Source of the DNA: an uncultured Patescibacteria group bacterium
GTDB lineage: Bacteria > Patescibacteriota > Microgenomatia > UBA1400 > PJMF01
Direction of reading: 5' to 3'
Assembly (NCBI GenBank): GCA_905478415.1
Contig: CAJQIG010000004.1
Location: forward strand, 203,523-267,522
DNA length: 64,000 nucleotides
How positions within the stretch are numbered: position 1 is the first letter of the stretch; each line of letters begins with the position of its first letter. The notes below the pieces were generated by a model, which made no database searches, was not told where the DNA came from, and saw only the letters and a program-made list of their open reading frames with translations. The position numbers were made by a program, and so were the translations under genes. This document shows, in pieces, positions 17,940 to 26,129 of the stretch.

Positions 17940-20900
17940 ATGCTCAAGAAAAAAATATTATTCCAAATTTCAAGTGTATTCTTACTCTTGGCTATTCTCT
18001 TAGGATATGTGCTCTTCAAAGGCACTCAGCCAGTCTATGCAAACATCTTTCATTTTTGGTGGAACGAAAACATTACTGAAATTGTCATCCCCAAAGATAA
18101 TTTTGATACCGATGAAAAAATCATTATGCATGTTGATGGGGCAGATAAAAAAAACATCACTGTTGAAGTAAAAGACCCTGCTGGTCATAGCATTGAGATA
18201 GACACCCGACTTTCTAACTCTTCAGATGGCACTGTCGTCACACTACTTCCACCAGAAACAATAACTCCAGGAAAATATACTGTAGAAGTGAAAAATAAAA
18301 AAGGAACGGTATTGAATACTAGTTTCAGTTGGGGAGTACTTGCTATAAATGTCAACCAAGCTCACTACAGACCTAATGATGAAGCTCAACTTTCGTTTGC
18401 TGTCTTGGATGAAAAAGGTGACATGGTCTGTGACGCCGACCTTGAGCTACAAATCATTCAAAAGGCCACCGGAATTATAGACACACTAACAACAAAAGAT
18501 GGCGATATTACCACTAACCCAGAATGTGCTATATATGGCGTCACATATAACCCAGACTATGAAGCCACCTACACTGTTGGAACTCCGGGACAATACACAA
18601 TGGAGCTAACAGCCACAACCACAAATGGTACATACACCGTTACAGACTATTTTGAAGTTGCCGAAACCCTCGACTTTATAGTCGAACGACAAACAGCAAC
18701 TAGAATTTACCCTGTGGTCAGCTACCCCGTTGAAATACGTATTATTCCTAATAACGATTTTAAAGGACAAATTATTGAGACTGTACCCAATACCTTTACT
18801 ATCGAAAAAACAGAAACAGCTGCCCTACAACCAAATCTCATTACGGACAGCTCTTCTACTGAGAAACAACTACTTTGGAATGTAGACTTACAAAAAGGGG
18901 TTGAGTATACTCTGGCTTATACCTACGACGCACCTGACATCAGTCCAGAACTCTTCAGCATTGGCCCCCTGCAAATCCTTGATACTACTAGTGACAAAAT
19001 CTTTTCCGAAAAAAGAAAGTGGAAAATTGCTGTCGATGCCGTCGCCTTTGATGCAGTCACAACTGACAGCGCTAGTGTTGGAAGAAGTAGTGCGTCATTC
19101 TCACATACTACAACTGGATCAGATCGGCTGCTACTCGTTTTTGTCTCTCTCTTTCATGGTAACGCTACTCCAGATGTAACTTCAATTACCTATAATGGCG
19201 TCAGCATGACTCTGGAAACTGAACTAGAAGTTGTTTCAAGCCGCCATATTCGAACATTTGTGTACAGCCTTGTAAACCCAGCCTCAGGATCAAATACTGT
19301 TGCTGTCACCTATGCTCAGTCGACACAGGTTGCAGATGCGGTTATGGCAATCAGCTACACTGGGGTAGATCAAACAACACCAATTCCAACAACTGCAACA
19401 AACTCTTCAACATCAGCTGCTGACCCCACAATTGACATAACCACTACAACTGCCAACTCCCTCATTGTTGCAGGTGCTACAGTTCGTGGTGGTGACACCG
19501 CCCCATTTACTCCAGGTACCGGTAGTACTGAACGCTGGGACTTTGTCACCGATACTAATGCTAATGTTGACCTTGGAACCTGGGGAGGTGAAGAATCAGC
19601 AGCCACAACTGGTACGTATACTGTTGATGCCACGGCCACCAATTCAGACTTTTACTCCATGGTTGCAGTTGAGGTAGCAGAAGTGGCAGCAGCTGGAGGT
19701 ATTACGGTGTCTGGTAATGCCTATCAATCTGGAACCACGGCTTTAACCGACTGTGATGGGACCACTCAAAACATAGCACTCCGAGCTGGAAGTACTACCT
19801 ATACCACCACCTGTAATGCTTCAACTGGTGCATGGTCCATTGGTAGCGTAACGCAACCAAGCTCAGGTGACGGACTCGTTGTTTGGATTGATGGCGAAAC
19901 TACTGACGGAGCACTTGTCACCCGCTACGATGGCACAGGCGACTCAACTGGAAATATTTTTTATGCAAATGCGCTCACTTTTACAAGTGATGATAGTACC
20001 GCTGTTAACAACGCTGATGCAGACACCTATGACAATGCTGATGATGCTGATATCCCCTACACTGTCTCCACCAATGCTTTGACCCTTAATAGTGGCCATG
20101 AACTACTTGTCTACACAGGTAAAACCTACGACCCAAATGGAACTGTTACCACTAATGCAACCGGTGGTAATCTTCATGTTGATGATAGCTCCACCGCATA
20201 TCTCGACACTGCCACTTCAACTATTGGTGCTGATGTTATAGTTGATAACGGAGCAACACTTAATATTGATGCCACAACAAACATTTCTGGTGGAGATATC
20301 ACCTTAACTGGAACAGGCCTTGTTTCCACTACTACTGGGACTCCAACTACAACTATTTCTGGAGCAGGCACTATAGGCGGCGGCACTGGCTCACTCACCT
20401 TCTATAACCTTGCGCTTGCAGGGACCGGTACCACAACACTAAACGCACCACTCACTACTGCTAATAACCTCACGATTGGTGACGGCACCAATGCTCATAC
20501 GCTAGATGTAGAAACAAACGACAAGGCTGTCGACACCAATGGAGCATTCACTATTGCTGCCAATGGAACCTATACTGCCTCATCCACAACAGATGTAACT
20601 GTACAAGGAAACTTTACCAATGGGGGCATTCTTACTGAAGGAACAAGCACCATTGTCCTAGACGGATCTACCACAGCTAATCTTGATTCTGGTTGCAGCA
20701 CCGTATCCACATGTACAACCAACAACCTGTATAACCTTACCTTGAATAAGTCGACGTCAGGAACTACGGTAACGCTTCTCAACACAGGGCTGAGAGTTAG
20801 CAATACGCTTGAAATTACTACTGGAACTCTCAACCAATCAACCCTCGATGTGCAACTGGAGGGCAGCTCAGCGCTGGGAGTCACGAGCAACGGTACCTGG

Positions 20901-21254
20901 TCAAATACATCTACCGGCAACCTTACCTTAGGTGGATCTGTTTCAATTAATGGCACTATGACCCTTCAGGGTAATGGGGCCAGTTGTGGTGATACCGACA
21001 GTATTGTCATCAGCTCAACGTCTGGTGGAACACAACAGACCTGGAATGGAACTGGCACAACCACTATTAATGATGTGACCATCTCAGACCAGTCAGGAAC
21101 GATGTTGATCAATGCCCTCAGTTCAACTAATGCCGGTAATGTAAACACAAACTGGAGTATCTTCGGTGGCTGTAGTACTACTCCCGACCCCAACGAGCTC
21201 CTTCGCCATGGCGAATGGTTTTCTGGTGAGGTGAATCAAAAATTCAGTTTTTGA
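17940..21254 (+). CDS. Giant secreted beta-helix-like repeat protein (adhesin-like)
   Basis: About 1100 aa. Signal and TM region MLKKKILFQISSVFLLLAILLGYVLF. Long runs of T/N/G-rich short repeats (TLNxxTxxxGG, NGTxT) are reminiscent of parallel beta-helix adhesins. Confidence 0.5.
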   Translation: MLKKKILFQISSVFLLLAILLGYVLFKGTQPVYANIFHFWWNENITEIVIPKDNFDTDEKIIMHVDGADKKNITVEVKDPAGHSIEIDTRLSNSSDGTVVTLLPPETITPGKYTVEVKNKKGTVLNTSFSWGVLAINVNQAHYRPNDEAQLSFAVLDEKGDMVCDADLELQIIQKATGIIDTLTTKDGDITTNPECAIYGVTYNPDYEATYTVGTPGQYTMELTATTTNGTYTVTDYFEVAETLDFIVERQTATRIYPVVSYPVEIRIIPNNDFKGQIIETVPNTFTIEKTETAALQPNLITDSSSTEKQLLWNVDLQKGVEYTLAYTYDAPDISPELFSIGPLQILDTTSDKIFSEKRKWKIAVDAVAFDAVTTDSASVGRSSASFSHTTTGSDRLLLVFVSLFHGNATPDVTSITYNGVSMTLETELEVVSSRHIRTFVYSLVNPASGSNTVAVTYAQSTQVADAVMAISYTGVDQTTPIPTTATNSSTSAADPTIDITTTTANSLIVAGATVRGGDTAPFTPGTGSTERWDFVTDTNANVDLGTWGGEESAATTGTYTVDATATNSDFYSMVAVEVAEVAAAGGITVSGNAYQSGTTALTDCDGTTQNIALRAGSTTYTTTCNASTGAWSIGSVTQPSSGDGLVVWIDGETTDGALVTRYDGTGDSTGNIFYANALTFTSDDSTAVNNADADTYDNADDADIPYTVSTNALTLNSGHELLVYTGKTYDPNGTVTTNATGGNLHVDDSSTAYLDTATSTIGADVIVDNGATLNIDATTNISGGDITLTGTGLVSTTTGTPTTTISGAGTIGGGTGSLTFYNLALAGTGTTTLNAPLTTANNLTIGDGTNAHTLDVETNDKAVDTNGAFTIAANGTYTASSTTDVTVQGNFTNGGILTEGTSTIVLDGSTTANLDSGCSTVSTCTTNNLYNLTLNKSTSGTTVTLLNTGLRVSNTLEITTGTLNQSTLDVQLEGSSALGVTSNGTWSNTSTGNLTLGGSVSINGTMTLQGNGASCGDTDSIVISSTSGGTQQTWNGTGTTTINDVTISDQSGTMLINALSSTNAGNVNTNWSIFGGCSTTPDPNELLRHGEWFSGEVNQKFSF

Positions 21255-21287
21255 GGATAGTCGTTCATTCCTCTTTGGGAAATCATA

Positions 21288-24146
21288 CTATTTTCCCAAT
21301 AATCGGGGTGATGTAATGTATACCAACCAAACAAGTACATTGAAGGTTGAAAGTACTAAAAAAGGTACTACTCTATAAAAACCCAAGTTTGAGATAAAGA
21401 GTACTTGAAACAACAACGAACTAAAAATAGATAGCTCGAAAAACACTCCCAAAACATTCCTCGCCACTTGAAGTATCTTATGTCTTATTTTTTTAGGCAC
21501 CGATTCAGACTTAGTCAAAAAAACTGTTGAAGTTATCAACTTTTCACCAATGTACTCTAGATACTCTTCATTAGTAACATATTCTTTAGCCGTTACTAAA
21601 TAACGAACATCACGTGCTACCAAGTGAGCATGAAACAACCCCTTGCGATTACTTTCTGTTTGGTACAGAGCTTTTTGACCATTTTTTTCAAAGAAAACAA
21701 CTTGAGCTCTACTGACTGGTTGTTTTGTCTGTTCATCAATCACTTTGCCATGAATCAATAGCTTATTTTTTGTAAACGGATGCAGTATAAATAAGACATG
21801 AACTTTAAGATAACGAACTAACTTCTTTGGAGAAATGTGTGTGCGAGCAGACAACGCAAAAATACTTAAAAACCCAAACAGCAGTAATGAAAAAATTTCA
21901 ATAAGTGCATAAAAAGTATTTGATGTTGCATATAAATCAAGCTGAGTAGTCAGTGAACGGTACATATCTTCAAGCGTAGTAGCATGATAAGAGATAAGTG
22001 AAACCAATGTCTGTGGAGCAGGGTGGAGATACACTCTAGGAAATTGTTGAGAAGCATCTGGTCCCAAGACAAACTCAACTGTTTGGGTCTCATATCCAGA
22101 AGCGTCAACTACAATTCGGTACTTTTCATGTGGGAGCACTACTCTTACTCTTCCTTCGTGATCAGTAAACAAAGGATTTGAAGAAAGAAATGTCTGCGGA
22201 TTCATCAGTTCGTACCTATTATTTTTTTCGTTAAAGCGATAGATATGTATGCGAGCCCGTTCGACTGGCAGCTGATCATTTGCATTCACAATAGTCAACG
22301 GGGCTGAGACATATAAATGAGAAACTGGAAATTCGAGGATGTTCCCCAAACGATCAAATACTTGTAAATATGAATCATAGTAACCAGGAACTTGAGGAAA
22401 TTCAACTTGCCCAGAGTATACCCCTGCGGTTGTTTCAAATAACTTCGTTTTACTTACTACCGGTGAAGTATAGGTATCATTTCCTTCGGCACCTAAAATT
22501 TGACTATTCACTACCACATAGTACACATGCTCTATCAACTGATCCTCCTGAAAAGAAAAAAAGACTTCATAGGGAAACGATGTTGGTAGCGATGCTACCT
22601 GATGTACCTTCTGACCAACGGTAGAAAGCACAGACAAATTTTTACTCAGCATAGTAACAGTTGATATATCTAGCTGGGGAATATTTCCAATATCTGCTGT
22701 CTTAAAAGTAAAGATATCTGAAGTTGCTTCTGCTCCATCTTCACTGGTGGCACTGACTCGAAAGTAGTAGTGCCTGCTTGGATCTAGATCACTGAGATTG
22801 AATAAGTGAGACTGAGAAAACGTAGTATCCTCTACCATGTTTTGTAAACTTGAAACTGTCTTTCCATACAGTACCCGTACCCGTGTGCTGGTGTCTGTCG
22901 TCACAAAAAGTGTTGCCGCTGTATTCGAAAGTTTTTTAACTTCAATACTTGAAAATACTGGCGACACTACTGGCACAACAACTGTTTGATTTGCCTCTTC
23001 TTCAGTAGTTAAACATGCTGTATTTTTGGGGTTCTGCTCGTTGCGACACCGACCCGTGACGTTATAACAGTAACCCGTTCTACATTCTGAGTTCTCTGAA
23101 CACGACGTATTGCATGACTTTTTTGTGGCTCCAACAGTCGGCGATGGTGTTGGACTTGGAGTGGGATCAGGCGCGTGCATAAATGACTGAGAGACCGTTG
23201 TATCACTGGTTACGGCTGGACTTAGCACCCGCCCGGAAACTGAAAAAGTTATTGGCAGTTCGTGTGCATAACTCTGTGATGTCTGTAAACTGAAGGTAAC
23301 TGTTTGACCCGTTGTGGTAGCTGGGAAGTTGGGAATCGTCCATGTAATAGTTCTATTAACTGTATCGATAATAGGTGCTGTCGCCCCATACGCGTCACTA
23401 GCACTACCAGTGACATAGCTCAAGATATCTATACTAGGTGACCCTTGACCACTTATCGTCCCTTGACTCCACTCTGCTTGCAAAGTCAGTGGGGTTGACT
23501 GAAGTAAGTCGGACCCATACGTTATTTGATACTCTAGCACCTCATTTTGATCAAAAGTTGAACTAGCAGTCAGGGATGCTATGTCGGCAGTAAAGTAGTA
23601 TGAAAGGGCTGGCACTTCTCCAGATATAACTACTTGATCATTAGCAATGACTGGCACCATACTCTCTGAACTACTTGAAACACTTGCAGCCACTAAGGTA
23701 GCACTATTCCAAAGGTAGTTTTCGCCCGCTCCTGCCGATGGGTTGGTAAAAATTCCGCCCGTAATATAAAAACCATATTGAGTACCTGCCAAAATATCAG
23801 CACTTGGAAAGGTAACTACTTGACCAGAAACATTCGTTGCCGTTCCAACTCCCGGCCAAGCAGAAACTCCCGCAGGAAGGTTTGTCACTGAAGTAGTAAA
23901 ATTACTCGAGTTTGCACTCACAGACCAAGCCGGACCAACCGTTATCTGCACACCATCTTCTGATACGGTTTCACTGGTAGTAGCTACTACCAGTATTCGT
24001 CCCGGATTTTGCCCAGCCGCCGCTCGATCTAGACGAATATACGAAGAGTTTAACTCCAAAGCATAGGCTGGTGTTAAGACAAATGACAAAACTAAGACAC
24101 TAAACACACAACTTGCAATAATTTTTTTTCTAAGAATATTGAACAT
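21288..24146 (-). CDS. Chimeric polytopic surface protein: family-A N-domain, Cys-rich module, FN3/Ig-like, CarboxypepD_reg-like domains, and C-terminal TM helices
   Basis: Signal peptide MFNILRKKIIASCVFSVLVLSFVLTPAYA. The N-domain YIRLDR..NFTTSVTNLPAGVSAWPG..VTFP..TNPSAG is homologous to 10408..11436. The Cys-rich stretch is CNTSCSENSECRTGYCYNVTGRCRNEQNPKNTAC. Two carboxypeptidase-regulatory-like beta-sandwich segments (IHIYRFNEKNN..; IHGKVIDEQTKQPVSRAQVVFF..). Three predicted TM helices near the C-terminus. Confidence 0.5.
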   Translation of the reverse strand: MFNILRKKIIASCVFSVLVLSFVLTPAYALELNSSYIRLDRAAAGQNPGRILVVATTSETVSEDGVQITVGPAWSVSANSSNFTTSVTNLPAGVSAWPGVGTATNVSGQVVTFPSADILAGTQYGFYITGGIFTNPSAGAGENYLWNSATLVAASVSSSSESMVPVIANDQVVISGEVPALSYYFTADIASLTASSTFDQNEVLEYQITYGSDLLQSTPLTLQAEWSQGTISGQGSPSIDILSYVTGSASDAYGATAPIIDTVNRTITWTIPNFPATTTGQTVTFSLQTSQSYAHELPITFSVSGRVLSPAVTSDTTVSQSFMHAPDPTPSPTPSPTVGATKKSCNTSCSENSECRTGYCYNVTGRCRNEQNPKNTACLTTEEEANQTVVVPVVSPVFSSIEVKKLSNTAATLFVTTDTSTRVRVLYGKTVSSLQNMVEDTTFSQSHLFNLSDLDPSRHYYFRVSATSEDGAEATSDIFTFKTADIGNIPQLDISTVTMLSKNLSVLSTVGQKVHQVASLPTSFPYEVFFSFQEDQLIEHVYYVVVNSQILGAEGNDTYTSPVVSKTKLFETTAGVYSGQVEFPQVPGYYDSYLQVFDRLGNILEFPVSHLYVSAPLTIVNANDQLPVERARIHIYRFNEKNNRYELMNPQTFLSSNPLFTDHEGRVRVVLPHEKYRIVVDASGYETQTVEFVLGPDASQQFPRVYLHPAPQTLVSLISYHATTLEDMYRSLTTQLDLYATSNTFYALIEIFSLLLFGFLSIFALSARTHISPKKLVRYLKVHVLFILHPFTKNKLLIHGKVIDEQTKQPVSRAQVVFFEKNGQKALYQTESNRKGLFHAHLVARDVRYLVTAKEYVTNEEYLEYIGEKLITSTVFLTKSESVPKKIRHKILQVARNVLGVFFELSIFSSLLFQVLFISNLGFYRVVPFLVLSTFNVLVWLVYITSPRLLGK

Positions 24147-24297
24147 AGTAGTCTGCTCCCATCATGACACATCCCTACCCTTGAGGTAAAGATGATAGAT
24201 CTAAAAAACCTTGTTCACCTTGGCAACTAGCGAGTTTGATAGCTTTTGAACTAATACTTGAAGTTTCAACAAAGAGTCAGTACTATAACCTCAGCCT

Positions 24298-25017
24298 ATG
24301 AAACTCCTTTCTTTCCAAAAACCATCCAAATTCAAAGTGGCAACTGTCTTTCTTGTTTTTGCTCTAGTAGCTAGCTCAACATATTTCTATGTTCAGTATA
24401 AAAACGAGCAAGCTAGTAATCCGGCCCGAGAAGTGCAAGAAACTACCGCTGCCGTTTCTAAGTTTATGGAACTCCCACAAAATGAAGAACCTAGTTTAGC
24501 CACGGTAACAGAAAAAGAAAAACTACAAGATCAAGAATTCTTCAAACAAGCAGAAAATGGTGATAAAGTTCTCATCTATATTGATGCTGGTAAAGCTATT
24601 CTCTATAGACCTTCAACTGGAAAAATTATTGATGTCACTTCTATTAATACTAACCCGACAGCAACCACACTTACTCCCGAAAATCCAAAAGAAGTAGTGG
24701 AGAAACCAATTGAAACACCCGTCATAGAGAAAAAACTAACTATTACTTTACTAAATGGATCTGAAACAACTGGTATTACCAAGGCTATTGAAGACAAAAT
24801 TGTATCTTCACTCGAAAACTTCACGGTAGTAAGTCGACAATCAGCCGAGAAAACCACCTATCAAGAAACTCTAATTGTTGATATTACAGGTGGAAATAAA
24901 GAAGCAACTGAATCCCTTCAGGCCACCATAGGTGGTGAAATTGGGGCCCTCCCCAAAGGGGAAATCTTACCTGATTCTGACATACTGGTGATTGTTGGTA
25001 CTAATCCAGAACAATAA
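24298..25017 (+). CDS. LytR_C domain membrane protein (LytR/CpsA/Psr C-terminal domain only)
   Basis: N-terminal TM. The C-terminal LTITLLNGSETTGITKAIEDKIVSSLENFTVV...TLIVDITGG matches the LytR_C pattern. Divergently arranged to the 952-aa gene. Confidence 0.5.
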   Translation: MKLLSFQKPSKFKVATVFLVFALVASSTYFYVQYKNEQASNPAREVQETTAAVSKFMELPQNEEPSLATVTEKEKLQDQEFFKQAENGDKVLIYIDAGKAILYRPSTGKIIDVTSINTNPTATTLTPENPKEVVEKPIETPVIEKKLTITLLNGSETTGITKAIEDKIVSSLENFTVVSRQSAEKTTYQETLIVDITGGNKEATESLQATIGGEIGALPKGEILPDSDILVIVGTNPEQ

Positions 25018-25126
25018 GATACTCTATCACCGTTCAAAAGGCAAGAAAAATAAAGGTGGCGCAGACCTTTGTCCTACGCCACCTTCACTAACATACCAAG
25101 CCAGACGGCCTGGTCTTACATGCCTA

Positions 25127-26107
25127 TTATTTCTTTTTCTTTAACCAATTAAGTATGAACAAGAGTGGTACCCAAAGTACCGAGTACACAGCCACCCAGA
25201 TCAAGAAGGTAATTAAGAAGTATCCATGATACCCCAATGACTCTAAAGCTCTGGTCAGATGTTCTCGTATACTCAGCTCGCTATTAGGATCAAAGTAGCG
25301 TTTGCTATCTGAAGCAGAGATTGAGATGGTGGCATACTCCACCTGCGTCTCGATACTATCAACGCTTGCTCGATACTGCTTAAGTTGAGACTCATACATC
25401 TTTACCCTATTTTCAAGCTGAATAACTTCAGTTCGAAACTGACGCCACTGCACAGAACCAGACTCTGCCTTCTCAAGATTTGTTTGGGCTACTTCAAGGT
25501 CAGCTTGCGTTTCAGCTAGCATCACTTCGGTCTCACTGACTCTGTCACTGGCACGAACATGTGAACCAGTTACATCACTCGAATTGCTACTACTGTTGAA
25601 AATTTCTTTAACATTTTCAGTCACACGAGTACTGGCCTCACTGAATTTTTCGACCGGTACTTTTGCAAATAGATTTCCAGAGTTCCATCGCGAACCTTGT
25701 GAAAAGTTGTCATTTAATACTACGCCATCGACACTGAGAATATACTCGCGCATTGAGCGCATATACCCTTGGACATCGTCCACAATAACACTATAGTTTG
25801 CAGAACGATCATACAATCTATTTTCAACATCTAATCCCAAGTCATCTTGATAGTAATAGGGCATACTGGTACCGCCCATCATTGGTTCAGCTTGAATCGC
25901 AACCTTTGAGTTCGAAAATCCATCCACCATCGGCATCGATTCTACAACTGCTCCTCCTCCATCCCGAGAAGGCATTCCCATGAAGCTTTCATCATACTCA
26001 TTCATGAAGGAAACACCACTCCGCCTCATTTTTAAAAACGTGGTCGCAAGTGATAACACTAACACCAGCACTACACCAAAAAGTATCATCTTCTTGTTTT
26101 TGTGCAT
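25127..26107 (-). CDS. Membrane protein with central coiled coil (DUF4349-like)
   Basis: Start taken at MHKNKKMILFGVVLVLVLSLATT (TM). Long coiled-coil region and a C-terminal TM (LITFLIWVAVYSVLWVPLLFILNWL). Confidence 0.35.
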   Translation of the reverse strand: MHKNKKMILFGVVLVLVLSLATTFLKMRRSGVSFMNEYDESFMGMPSRDGGGAVVESMPMVDGFSNSKVAIQAEPMMGGTSMPYYYQDDLGLDVENRLYDRSANYSVIVDDVQGYMRSMREYILSVDGVVLNDNFSQGSRWNSGNLFAKVPVEKFSEASTRVTENVKEIFNSSSNSSDVTGSHVRASDRVSETEVMLAETQADLEVAQTNLEKAESGSVQWRQFRTEVIQLENRVKMYESQLKQYRASVDSIETQVEYATISISASDSKRYFDPNSELSIREHLTRALESLGYHGYFLITFLIWVAVYSVLWVPLLFILNWLKKKK

Positions 26108-26129
26108 ACAGGTCCTTTCTGCTAAATGT

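Noticed and set aside
25038-25110. Inverted repeats AAGGTGGCG...CGCCACCTT and CCAG..CTGG between convergent genes
   Set aside because: They are probably ordinary bidirectional terminators. The loops are long and the stems are short, so they are not reported as features.
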